Source of the DNA: Williopsis jadinii | Lineage: Eukaryota | Direction: 5' to 3' | Length of the DNA stretch: 64,000 nucleotides | Assembly (NCBI GenBank): GCA_024346625.1 | Contig: AP024665.1 | Location: forward strand, 1,798,001 to 1,862,000 | Part shown: positions 1 through 10,257 of the stretch, one piece after another | Layout: the number at the start of each line of letters is the position of its first letter | How positions within the stretch are numbered: position 1 is the first letter of the stretch | Position numbers and translations under genes: made by a program | Notes under the pieces: model-generated | Told to the model about the DNA's origin: nothing | Seen by the model: the letters and a program-made list of their open reading frames with translations, nothing else | The model's database searches: none

Positions 1-395
1 TGTCTTTGAGCTGCTGGCCTTGATACCTCTAAGTTGCTGGTTCTGATGCCTATAAGCTGGTCTTGATGCCTGCAAGCTGTTCACTAGCGCACGTACACGG
101 CTTCTATCACCAATGTAGCAAACCATAGCACCAACCAGTGGCCAAAGAGTCACGAAAGCAAGCAGCCCACACTACTGTCTCATTATCGTATACCAAATGT
201 CATTAAACCTATTTACATATTGAATACAGAGAACCCTCCGATGAGGCCACCAGCCAAGTTCTACGCCAATTCAATGAACAAGAAAACACACTCTTTCTTC
301 GTGTTCACACACCAACTGCTGATTTGCACAGAGACAAAAATCCCTCCTCTCCTCCAAGAAGCCACCTGGAACAAGCGTACAGCTAATGGCCCTTC

Positions 396-683
396 TCAGA
401 ACCAAAGGTCCGCCTTCTTCAACAGCTTCGTCACGCTCTCCGTCGGCTGCGCACCCACCGAGAGCCAGTACTTGGTTCTATCGAAATCCAGCTCAATGTG
501 CTTCGCAGGCTTCTGCTTCTTCTCCCATGGCTTCAGCGGTGGCGCAATCGGGTTATAAGTCCCCAGCACCTCAATCGGCTTCTGGTCTCTGGCCAGTCTC
601 TTCTTCGTAACAACAATGTTATACACTGGCTGGTCTACACGCCCAAAACGTGCCAGTCTGATTCTCACAAGCCCTTTAGTCAT
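396..683 (-). CDS. MRPS16: Mitochondrial ribosomal protein S16
   Basis: [15 protein letters not shown]...YNIVV...[10 protein letters not shown]...[11 protein letters not shown] is the S16 signature; ATG at 683; divergent from RRP12 as in S. cerevisiae. Confidence 0.95.
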   Translation of the reverse strand: MTKGLVRIRLARFGRVDQPVYNIVVTKKRLARDQKPIEVLGTYNPIAPPLKPWEKKQKPAKHIELDFDRTKYWLSVGAQPTESVTKLLKKADLWF

Positions 684-898
684 GTCTATGTCAATATCTA
701 CCAACAAAGCCCACGGATATCAGCCAGAAAGCACCTCGATTCCAACAAATTCTACCGAAATAGACCAATGTTGATGTTGTGTTTATAGGTTGCAACGTCG
801 GTGATTGGGGGAAATTTTTCACCGCCGGGCCTCCTCCCGGGGAATTCCGAGGGGCGCCATCGCCGACTTCCCAAAAGGGTCAATTCCGACTCTGGTAC

Positions 899-918
899 CT
901 CATCGCCGTGAAAAATTT
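899..918 (+). promoter_or_regulatory. PAC (CTCATCGC = GCGATGAG on minus, 899-906) and RRPE (TGAAAAATTT, 909-918) ribosome-biogenesis promoter elements
   Basis: Exact consensus motifs about 110 bp upstream of the RRP12 ATG. Confidence 0.8.
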
Positions 919-1023
919 ATTTCTATTTAATACCCATCGCTTCTTTCTCTCTTGGACGGTTTGTTTGCCGTTATTGCTGGAAGAACGTGATCTGTGTGTG
1001 TTATTGTGCCCAGTTTTGAAGAG

Positions 1024-4000
1024 ATGTCGGACGATAACGGTATTCAGCTCCTGGAGTTCGAGTCCAAGCTGCAAAAGATCCGTCAGCAGATTAATTCCAA
1101 GCTCGAGAACCAGAAGCACATTGCACTTGTGCTGTCTGCTGTGGAGGAGAACATCTCATCTCAGTCAGGGAGTGCCTCACCTGTGGCGTATTTCGTCTCC
1201 TTTCTGTCGCTGTTGGACCAGTCGATTGATGCTGATAACGATACCATTACAGATGCCAACCTGGTTGCCACAGCTGCGTATCTGTTGGACCTTACACTGC
1301 CTGTGATTCCGAAGGCTCTGTTGAAGACGAAGTTTGCGGAGATCTTGGTGAAGCTGGCGCCAGCTATCACGAGCTCTGATGCTGAGGCTCCGCTGATCAA
1401 ATCTGCTGTAGGGTCGTTGGAGACGTTGCTGCTTGCTCAGGACATCAACTCCTGGAACAACTCTGCTTTGAACATCAACCCAAAGAGAGGTTTTGGTGGA
1501 TTGCTGGAGTACTCCTTGGATCCACGCCCTAAAGTTCGTAAGAGAGCTCAGGATGCTGTTCACAGCATATTGGCCAACCCACCACCGGGGCCTTCCATGG
1601 AGCACCCTGCCAGTGCGATGGCTGCCGATTTCGCTATAAAATCACTCGTTGAGCTGATCAACACTAAGCCAAACCAAAAGACCAATAAGGAACACTCTGC
1701 ACAGCTTATCCACTCTTTGCAGTTAGTTTCAAGTATTACATCAGCAAACTCCTGGCCAACGTCAAAGATCGAACACCTGTGCGACATCCTTCTCGAGGTT
1801 TCAAAGACAAATGATCAGTACCTTGTTTCCAGCGCATTCAAGGGATTCGAAGGCCTTTTCAACTCGATGACCGATGAAATTGATAGTGATAAGTTCCTCA
1901 AAGTGTTACAGGTTATCTTTGACTTGAAGCCATCTCTGAATGACAACCATTTAGCAGTGCCATGGATTGCTGTCGTGGCAAAGGGTATCACCTCTTATAC
2001 AAAAGTTGAGCCGTTGAAATCAGTTAAGAAGATTCCAGAAGTATTCAAGATTCTGCTTCCATTCTTCAGTGCTGAGTTGCCAGAGATTTATATATCGGTG
2101 TCTCAATGTTTCATCTCCATCCTCTCAGAGGCCATCCCAGATAACTTCCTTCTATTGCCAAACAATGACGACGTTACTACTGAGATCTACGAAGAGATGG
2201 ACGATGTTATCACCCAGATTGCTGAATTGCTTACAGAATTACTCAACGTGAAGTATGGTCAAGCTACGAAGGAGATCATGGAGGTGTTTGCAATGGCTTT
2301 CACTAAGTTCAGATCAAGATCAAACCCAGACTTCCTCGAGCCATTGGCTATCATTGGAGAATGGAGAACAAACGAGGAATTTGAATTCAAAGAACAAGCT
2401 GAAGAAGTCATTGCTGCTGCAATCAGAGAAGTTGGCCCAGAGACTGTCCTTGGTTCTCTTCCATTGAACCTCTTGGACTCAAAGAAAGCAGGTAGAGCTT
2501 GGCTCTTACCACTCCTGAGAGACAATGTACGTTTTGCAAGACTCGGATACTTTGTTGAAGAATTCATGCCATTGATCCAAGAGTTTGAAAAGAGGATCAG
2601 CTCCATGGATTCCAATTCTGTCACCACTAAGATCTTCCAAACTATCGTTGATCAGGTGTGGTCTTTACTTCCTCACTTTGCTGATCTACCATCCGATTTG
2701 CAACAGGCATTCACGGACGAGCTGGCCCAACAATTGGCCTCTTTGCTTTACTCTAACCCTGAGCTGAGAGTTAACATCTGCCACGCTTTGAGATTACTCG
2801 TTGAGAGCAACGTCACCTTCGCAAGTGGTGCATTGTCAGATGATAGATTCCTATTGCAACAGTTCAAGATCGAAACTGCACAGAGTAACGTTGAGTATTT
2901 GTCTTCAAAGGCTTCCAATATACTTGCTGTGTTGTTTAACGTGTTTTCTCAAACTTCCCCAGATTCCAGAGGATTCGTCTTGGAAACCATCGATGCTTAC
3001 TTGGGAATCTCAACGCCGCAGGACCTGGAATCCACTTTCAACAAGGTCTCGGTACTGTTGAAGAATGCACTCGACGAGGAATCCTCTACGCCAGCAACGT
3101 CGCAGCAGAAGGGGGTTGCTAAACTCAGTGTCACCATGATGGACTTGGTCGTTGCCATGGCCAAGTACGTCCCAGAGAGCTCTTACAATGCTCTGTTCTC
3201 CATCTTCACACAGACTGTTAACTCATCTGAACCATTGCTACAGAAGAGAGCCTATAGAATCATCTCCAAATTGACGGAATCTGAGTCTGGTGTCATGGCT
3301 CTGAAGCATTTCGCAGGTGATATCGAGAATGTCATCATTAGCTCAACAGATTCTAACAACTTGAATGCACGTGCTGCAAGACTACAAGCCATTTCATCAA
3401 TTTTGCAAATCATTCCGGAGAATGACTTGTTCTTCATCCCTTCCATCATGTCAGAAATCATCCTGGCCACTAAGGATGCGAACGAAAAGTCAAGACAGCA
3501 CGCTTTCAACGTACTGATTGAGATGGGTAAGGTCATGGCCAAAGGTGGTATCATTCACAACTCAAAGATCCCAGGATTTGATGCCAATACCCCAGATTCT
3601 CAGGCTTCTCTCGCAGAGTACTTCACAATGCTGAGTGCCGGTTTGGCTGGTGGTGATCAACACATGGTGAGTGCCACCATCACTGCCATCAGCTGTATCG
3701 TCTATGAGTTCCGTGAAACTGTCGATACGGATCTGCTTGTTGAATTGGCCTCCACTGTGAATCTGTTCTTGACCTCCAACTCTAAGGAAATCGTCAGATC
3801 CACTATTGGATTCGTCAAAATTGCCAGTATCAGTTTACCAGAGGAGATCGTCAAACCACAACTTCGTGACCTGTTGCAGCATTTGATGCGTTGGTCTCAT
3901 GAACACACTGGTCACTTCAAACAAAGAGTGAAACATATTGTCGAGAGATTGATCAGAAGATTTGGCTTCGAAGTGATTGAGCAGAACTTCCCAGAAGAGG

Positions 4001-4623
4001 ACAAGAAGCTCCTTGCTAACATCAGAAAGACCAAAGCTAGAGCTAAGAGAAGACAGGCCGAGGAAGAAGGAGAATCGCAACAGAGATCGAAGAAACACGG
4101 CAATGCCTACGATGACGTATTGTACGACTCCAATTCCGATGAAGACGATTATATGGATGACGAGGGAGCCGAACAAGAGAACGAGGATCCAAGAAGAAAG
4201 AAAAAGTCGTCGCAGTATATCCTGGAGTCCAAGGATTCTCCACTGGATCTTCTGAACCGTCAGTCCTTGGCTCACATCTCGTCCACCAAGCCAAGCAACA
4301 AGTCGAGAACCGTCAGCCATGCTAAGGCCTTTGAGAAGAATGGTAAGCTGCACTTCTCCGAGGACGCTCAGCAGGATGAGGATCCATTGAAGACAATCAC
4401 AGACGGCATCAACGCATACGTGGAGGCTGTCAAGTCTGGTCCAGTCAAGGGCCAGAAGAACAAGTTCAAGTTCAAGAGAGGTGCTAAGGCCAGAGAAGAT
4501 GATAACGACGACGATGACGAAGGTGCCGATGAGCTCCAAAAACCAATCAACAGAGGAAAGATTGGCAAGGGCAGCAGAGTCAGCAAACCAAAGAAGAAGT
4601 TCCAGTCACGTAAGAAGTTCTGA
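1024..4623 (+). CDS. RRP12: Pre-rRNA processing / ribosome export HEAT-repeat protein Rrp12
   Basis: ~1200 aa; KIRQQINSKLENQKH, DPRPKVRKRAQ, RAWLLPLLRD, HFKQRVKHIVERLIRRFG; first ATG at 1024 (MSDDNG). Confidence 0.95.
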   Translation: MSDDNGIQLLEFESKLQKIRQQINSKLENQKHIALVLSAVEENISSQSGSASPVAYFVSFLSLLDQSIDADNDTITDANLVATAAYLLDLTLPVIPKALLKTKFAEILVKLAPAITSSDAEAPLIKSAVGSLETLLLAQDINSWNNSALNINPKRGFGGLLEYSLDPRPKVRKRAQDAVHSILANPPPGPSMEHPASAMAADFAIKSLVELINTKPNQKTNKEHSAQLIHSLQLVSSITSANSWPTSKIEHLCDILLEVSKTNDQYLVSSAFKGFEGLFNSMTDEIDSDKFLKVLQVIFDLKPSLNDNHLAVPWIAVVAKGITSYTKVEPLKSVKKIPEVFKILLPFFSAELPEIYISVSQCFISILSEAIPDNFLLLPNNDDVTTEIYEEMDDVITQIAELLTELLNVKYGQATKEIMEVFAMAFTKFRSRSNPDFLEPLAIIGEWRTNEEFEFKEQAEEVIAAAIREVGPETVLGSLPLNLLDSKKAGRAWLLPLLRDNVRFARLGYFVEEFMPLIQEFEKRISSMDSNSVTTKIFQTIVDQVWSLLPHFADLPSDLQQAFTDELAQQLASLLYSNPELRVNICHALRLLVESNVTFASGALSDDRFLLQQFKIETAQSNVEYLSSKASNILAVLFNVFSQTSPDSRGFVLETIDAYLGISTPQDLESTFNKVSVLLKNALDEESSTPATSQQKGVAKLSVTMMDLVVAMAKYVPESSYNALFSIFTQTVNSSEPLLQKRAYRIISKLTESESGVMALKHFAGDIENVIISSTDSNNLNARAARLQAISSILQIIPENDLFFIPSIMSEIILATKDANEKSRQHAFNVLIEMGKVMAKGGIIHNSKIPGFDANTPDSQASLAEYFTMLSAGLAGGDQHMVSATITAISCIVYEFRETVDTDLLVELASTVNLFLTSNSKEIVRSTIGFVKIASISLPEEIVKPQLRDLLQHLMRWSHEHTGHFKQRVKHIVERLIRRFGFEVIEQNFPEEDKKLLANIRKTKARAKRRQAEEEGESQQRSKKHGNAYDDVLYDSNSDEDDYMDDEGAEQENEDPRRKKKSSQYILESKDSPLDLLNRQSLAHISSTKPSNKSRTVSHAKAFEKNGKLHFSEDAQQDEDPLKTITDGINAYVEAVKSGPVKGQKNKFKFKRGAKAREDDNDDDDEGADELQKPINRGKIGKGSRVSKPKKKFQSRKKF

Positions 4624-4877
4624 GCACACTGGAATGGAGAAATGTATAGATCTATATCGTATAATTGTACCATGGGAAGATAATCACATATTGGCATTTG
4701 TATCGCTTTTCGGGACATTCCGAAACACGGTAGTTTCCGGGGGAAACACCCGGACACCAAAAGTGAAAAATTACGCTCCGAGGCCGGCGAAAAAGGTGTC
4801 GAGGACCGTTGAGACATAAAGCGATGGAGGCATTCGTACCGGTTGAAGGACACTTTAGAAGGATCAGAAGAGCGTAG

Positions 4878-6473
4878 ATGATTGTTGGTAACACTTCACG
4901 AGTCTCTAGGATTGTTGTCAAGAGACGGATATCCGTTTCCGTCGCGCCATTGATGGGTGGGACTGGTGTCTCCACGGCTTCTTTCACAGAGCAGAAAGAC
5001 CGTGCTTCCCCAAAGAGTACGAAGCTGACAGTTTCGCAGTTCCTAGCTGGTGCTCAGAAGTGTTACACTCCGAGATATTCACAAGGTGGCTATCCACCGA
5101 AGACCGTGGAGCTGACTGAGGTGCAAGCCGTGAAGGGGTCTGAGCTTCGTGCGCTGATTCAAGAGAACGATGGTCAATCGCTGAACAACCTCATCGGAGA
5201 GATGTACACCACTGGTGATTGGACACACATCACTGAAGGCCTCACACGCCCGGAGGTGTCACTCCTGCTGAGAAGCCTCGTTGAAGCACACGGATCACAG
5301 ATCAGACTGGCGAATCACCTGAAGAACCTCGTTCCAAGAGAGCACAAGACACAGTTCAGAGATGCGTTGGTGCTGGAGCGCAACATCAACCATTTATACT
5401 CCAAACTGATCCAGATCAAGCACCCACTTACAACGAGTGACGTCGAACTGCTTCTGAAGTACGAGACTGACAACCTCAACTTCAGAGCTGCGCAAAGAAT
5501 TGTGGAGTATGGCGAAGCACATGGTGCTAACACCGGGAACTTCCACAATTTGAAGATGAGAGCACTGGGTCATACTTCACCAGAGGCCTGGATATCCAAG
5601 ACAGGGTCCCAATTGACAATCAAGGGCCGTAAACTACCTGTTGAACCGAGGGAAGTGTTCTCCAAACTTCTACAAGAGTTCTCTTCGCACTCTAATGAAT
5701 TCATTCCAAATTTGGAGTCTCATAAGCAGATCCTCTGTGGATTTGCCCATTCTCGTGATCTGATCCAAGTCCGTATTCACCTGGAACAGATATGGGGGAT
5801 ACCAGCCGATGAATCGATGCCAATTGAGCTGGTTTCAAAGACCTCGTCACTTTACCCGGACCAGGACCTCCTTTGTAAGATTGTTCAGATGTTCGGATAC
5901 AACAACCACAGCCTTGAAGGGCTGAACTACGTTCTGAAGTTCATCCATTACTACCAGATGGATATGGCACGCTCGACACAGCTCTGGAGCATCTTGGTGA
6001 GCTTCCTCAAGCAGGAAACCAGAGGTGATAGTGAAACTATCTCACAGAGGTTCCTCGTTGTTTGGGACGACATGGTTTCCAACAGAGTACGGATCTCTGA
6101 TCAACTGTACAGACTGAAGTGTGATATTCTGTCCAATGCGTCCAAGCAGGAGCTATTGTTGAGTGATTTGGATACCATTCGTCGCAGATGCCTCACGACA
6201 TCTTCGAAAGTGATGCAATTCAGAATGCAGAAGGTGTTGACACACTATCTCAAAGCTGTGGCTCTTTTCATCTACAAAGGCACAGACGATGTTGAAGAAG
6301 CTGATCGCCTGACCAATGTGTACTTTGAGCATTACAGTGTTTCAGATCAGCAGCTGAGCGATTTGCAAGACTGTATTCCAGACATCAAGGAGCTTGTTGA
6401 ATCACAACGTATGAAGTTTGAGGAGCTACAACGACAATATGACGAAGAAGACGACGAAGAGTCGCTATGGTAA
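4878..6473 (+). CDS. AEP2: Mitochondrial ATPase expression protein 2 (ATP13 family)
   Basis: Basic presequence, SSLYPDQDLLCKIVQMFGYNN ATP13-like segment, acidic C-terminus QYDEEDDEESLW; adjacent to GPI12 as in S. cerevisiae. Confidence 0.75.
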   Translation: MIVGNTSRVSRIVVKRRISVSVAPLMGGTGVSTASFTEQKDRASPKSTKLTVSQFLAGAQKCYTPRYSQGGYPPKTVELTEVQAVKGSELRALIQENDGQSLNNLIGEMYTTGDWTHITEGLTRPEVSLLLRSLVEAHGSQIRLANHLKNLVPREHKTQFRDALVLERNINHLYSKLIQIKHPLTTSDVELLLKYETDNLNFRAAQRIVEYGEAHGANTGNFHNLKMRALGHTSPEAWISKTGSQLTIKGRKLPVEPREVFSKLLQEFSSHSNEFIPNLESHKQILCGFAHSRDLIQVRIHLEQIWGIPADESMPIELVSKTSSLYPDQDLLCKIVQMFGYNNHSLEGLNYVLKFIHYYQMDMARSTQLWSILVSFLKQETRGDSETISQRFLVVWDDMVSNRVRISDQLYRLKCDILSNASKQELLLSDLDTIRRRCLTTSSKVMQFRMQKVLTHYLKAVALFIYKGTDDVEEADRLTNVYFEHYSVSDQQLSDLQDCIPDIKELVESQRMKFEELQRQYDEEDDEESLW

Positions 6474-6499
6474 ATATCTATATATCCGTGGAAAGGCTG

Positions 6500-7255
6500 T
6501 CAATGTATGATCAACCTGTTCATGTTCAAGTAATTGCTGAGTAGCAGCCACCCGTATCTGAACCACTCCATCTGGGAAGTGTGTCCACTAACCATAGCAG
6601 CCAATGCCAACAGATATCCACCCCAATTGGAGTGGATCACCACCTCGTTCTCATCCATGGCTCTCCAGATGAGCTCATAGTTGGACATGAACGTTGCAGA
6701 ATACTTCTGCCATAGAGGATACGTGTGCAGAGCTGCCACTCGTTTACCAGTGGTCATTGCGGCGTGGTACAGGGATCTATGGTTAGGATGATTTGAAACA
6801 CCACCGTCATCAAACGTCAAAATGACCGTGGTTTCAGGGTGAATGAACTCCACAATGTCCTCAGCATGCCAAATGATGTCCATTGAGTCCTTAAACCTGC
6901 TCTCGTCGTCCAGGAGCTCCACTTGATGAATGCCCATGATCTCCAGGCTTCTCTCCAACTCCAGCGATCTCACTGGGCCCAGTCCTTCGGCATTCCCCGT
7001 CGAGAAGCACGTTACTGATATGTTATTCCTATTCTGTGGCTTACCCAGCTCGATCAGAGCCGGTGCAAAGAACATCACCTCGTCATCCGGATGCGCAATG
7101 ATCAACTGTACATTCTGTCCCATCAAAGAGCTCGGAACCTCATTGCTATGGTACGACGTCAACACACACCATAGAAGCAGGGAGATGAGCCACCACTTCG
7201 GCAATCTCCCTAGCACAAACAGCAGCTTGTTTCTGAGTCTGAAGGGTCTAACCAT
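6500..7255 (-). CDS. GPI12: N-acetylglucosaminyl-phosphatidylinositol de-N-acetylase (PIG-L family)
   Basis: IIAHPDDEVMFFAP, STGNAEGLG, TFDDGGVSNHPNH, HTSQMEWFRYGW; likely ATG 7255 (MVRPFRL) followed by a TM helix. Confidence 0.93.
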   Translation of the reverse strand: MVRPFRLRNKLLFVLGRLPKWWLISLLLWCVLTSYHSNEVPSSLMGQNVQLIIAHPDDEVMFFAPALIELGKPQNRNNISVTCFSTGNAEGLGPVRSLELERSLEIMGIHQVELLDDESRFKDSMDIIWHAEDIVEFIHPETTVILTFDDGGVSNHPNHRSLYHAAMTTGKRVAALHTYPLWQKYSATFMSNYELIWRAMDENEVVIHSNWGGYLLALAAMVSGHTSQMEWFRYGWLLLSNYLNMNRLIIH

Positions 7256-8132
7256 GGCTTGTGAGCGCTCCCCAGCCGTCAATTGGAGCAGCTTTAATAA
7301 CCAAAGCACCGGGAACACACGTTTGTGAGTTTCTCGAGGATGGTTTCTCGGCGTTAACCGGGTGTATCGGAGGTAAGCTACAGCCATCATTGGGATTATT
7401 AGAACGATACTAAAAAACAGAGCAAACGGGCATTGGTACTTGCCCAAAGTATGCCATACTGTAAGTGACACTTGAGTTAAGTGACATACAAAGTATGAGC
7501 ATGTAGTCTTCGATACAGCCTGAGATACAACAATTCATAGATTGTACGGTATAATCAAGCAAAACACATAAATTTGCCTATATCTCAGCAACAAAACAAC
7601 ATTTGGGGAATCTGGCAAGGAATACAAAAGAGCAGATCCATATCATCGCACTTACTGTCTTTCAGATTGATCAGATCCGTGGTTCTCTGAAAATAAATCA
7701 CACCGTGTTGCTTTATATATGTAATTCTGGTTCTTCGTTGCCCCAGCAAGTGTAAAAATGTTAGGATGTTTCCAATTTTATGATATTGTTTACATTTTGA
7801 ATTCGTATCAACACTAAATGGCACAAAACCAGTACCGTTTTATACACAAAACTGGAAACATCACAAAAGAATGGCCTCAACCTGAAGAAGAAGCATCAGC
7901 GGCTAATCCAGAACCACAGCGGCAACGTCAAATGAATGGCGGTACGACACCACCAGAATGCCCAGTAATTATCGAGACAGACTAACTGACCTGTTCTGGG
8001 AGGAAGGTACACAACCGTGAAACGTCCAAGTTCTGTCACAGAATGCCCATACAAAGATCGCAGATGTGCCACAACAGCCGCCTTTACCTGAACTCGAGGC
8101 TGATAACGGAGCTCTGGCTGATAGAATGAGAA

Positions 8133-9889
8133 GTGGAAGCAGCGCTGCTGCAGGCAGCAGAAAGAGCGTTGGAAGAAATTAGACGTGATTGTGCTTTTGA
8201 TTATGATGCCGACTTTGAATACATCACTGAGGATGACACCAACGGTTTTAATGAGAATGATGGTCCAGTTTATAAGCAGCAACAACAGCGGAGACCACGG
8301 AGACCACGGAGACCATGGGGACCATGGGGACCACGGAGACCACGGAACCTGGAGTGAAATCCAGGTTTCCTTGAAAAGTGTTGTGACTATTGTCAAGCAC
8401 TCCTTATCGATACTGAATTGCCATCTTTTTGTTGTGATAGGGCAAAAGTTTTACTCGGTGAGATAGCCAAAAAAACCTCCACGCTACAGGAAGGATGTCT
8501 TTTGGGATCCAATCACGTCCAAATATTCTCGAACAATGAGTACAATTCTTTCGCTACCGTCCTTGGGCTCTGACGGTACTGGTGATTTGAGAGGTGGGAC
8601 CTATTCGATTAGCATCAACGGTCGCTTACTCCATAGAGTTGATGGTTTGATGGCTCAGCAAAATGGCGGAGGGAAATTTGCGGACATTTGCAAAAATTCA
8701 TACACTAAATCCAGGCTTGGCTACAAATCTTCATTTTGAATTACTGAGAGGTGTTCTTCAAAACTACGGAGAATATAAACGACTTGAGCACCACATTAGC
8801 AAGATTGGTGAGTTTCTATCTCAAACAATCGTTATACACCGCTGTTATATACCTCTAGAGGAATTGTTCAACAGGAAAAGACAGAGATGGAATTAACCAG
8901 AGAAGAAATTGTTGTTGAATTTGCCAATATTGAACCAATAGCACCAACAAATTCAGAAGATCGTACTTCTCTATTTCCAGAGGTTAAAGAGTTTGCCTTG
9001 GTGCGCAGAAGTATAACAGCAAAACATCCTTCAATTTCAGTGCGTATAAAGGAAAAATCTATAGGTCGCTTCACTTTTATCTATACTATGTGAAAAGGTG
9101 TTTTTTGGCCTTTGATATTTCCTCTTTTGTTCTTCTATGGTGAAGGAGGTTGGTGGCCCGGTTTAAGATTGTCTAGAGAGGACGGAAGGTCACAGAAGGG
9201 AACGATTTCACCACCTCAACAGTGTCGCTAACATATCCAAAGAAGAGAAAATGAATGGAACCCAGTAGATGTGCTAGATAATCTCGCTGAAGAATTCTAC
9301 CTGGCCACTGCTATAATCATTGATCAGCGAAGTATTGGTTATTTTCGTCTTCAACATCACATAAACAGAATGATTGATGCACGCCATACGAGAACAGAGC
9401 AGGGAGCTGAAGAAAGCTCATGGACAGAAATTACACCGCCAAACCATCACGATACTGCTCTATACTTCAAAGCCGAATTACAAGATCTGATGACCATATT
9501 CACTCAAGATGATTCACCTTCAACCTTGCTAGCTTTTACCGCAAATCCAAAGACACCATCGTTGTACAAATTGGTTGCACTATTTGGTTCCACAAGTGCT
9601 CTCCTCTAAAAAGAATCACGACCTGGTTTCAAGAATCTTTTTAGAACAAGCTCGAGATCTTATAGAATATGTCCCAATAATGTTCAGGAGGAAAGTTCTC
9701 AAGATTGTTTACATCACAGAGCTCCAAAATAGGGGATTGCCGCATATTCATTGCGTTATCGAATTCGACCCTGAAGGTGGTGAAACAACCGCAGAAGTTT
9801 TTGACGAGTGGATCAATGCTACAATTCCAAGCCAAGAAAACCCAGAACTTGGTGCATTGGTTCAGCAATGCATGACCCATCATGGTTAA
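8133..9889 (+). pseudogene. Helitron RepHel pseudogene (Zn finger + Rep domain)
   Basis: CDYCQALLIDTELPSFCCDRAKV (8382-8450), SRTMSTILSLPSLG...SINGRLLHR, WPLIFPLLFFYGEGGW (from 9106), LLAFTANPK (Rep motif 1), HDLVSRIF, ELQNRGLPHIHCVI (HUH motif 2), INATIP...LVQQCMTH; in-frame TGA at 8355 and 9091, frameshift in the A7 run 8469-8475. Confidence 0.88.
8290..8346 (+). repeat. 9-bp tandem repeat GGAGACCAC/GGGGACCAT (~6 units) inside the Helitron ORF
   Basis: Directly visible; encodes RPR/RPW/GPW repeats. Confidence 0.9.
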
Positions 9890-10257
9890 AGTGTTTGAGA
9901 AGATGACTGGGACACTTAGAGAGCGAGACAAATCTATTCCATACCTAACAGGACTCAGATTAGTATCATTCTAACATACCTACATCTTACACACCCTTGC
10001 GGCTACATATACGATATCTTACGCTACAGTTTTAGGAAACTCTTTGCGCGTTGATTTCGTTGGTTTCACAATCATCATCCTATCAAACGAGAGACGAGGA
10101 ATCAAAGCAAAGACCCGACGGGCCGCGCATCCCAGGTAGCGGCGATTCGAGATTTACCGCAGCGTTAGCAAAGGTCCCGATCGCCTCTACCGTACCGAAG
10201 CACTACAGATCAACTTGTGTCGTACGAGAGCTTTATCTCTTCGTGTTGTATGGAACA

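Larger units (their letters stand above)
7398..10012 (+). mobile_element. Degenerate Helitron (rolling-circle transposon) remnant, copy A; Rep/HUH region retained, helicase lost
   Basis: Ordered Helitron motifs across stops and frameshifts (see next feature); flanks share DNA blocks with 25061-25737. Boundaries are the limits of visible homology; true termini were not identified. Confidence 0.85.

Noticed and set aside
3835..4539. 234-aa hydrophobic minus-strand ORF
   Set aside because: Antisense shadow of the charged RRP12 C-terminus
7256..7471. N-terminal extension of the GPI12 ORF
   Set aside because: Non-ATG start overlapping the Helitron flank; GPI12 size fits ATG 7255
7896..8396. Minus-strand ORF with (PWS)n repeat
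   Set aside because: Translation of the 9-bp repeat; the Helitron motifs are on the plus strand
10013..10250. Canonical Helitron 3' hairpin + CTRR terminus
   Set aside because: Only weak, imperfect hairpins and no convincing CTRR; termini left unassigned
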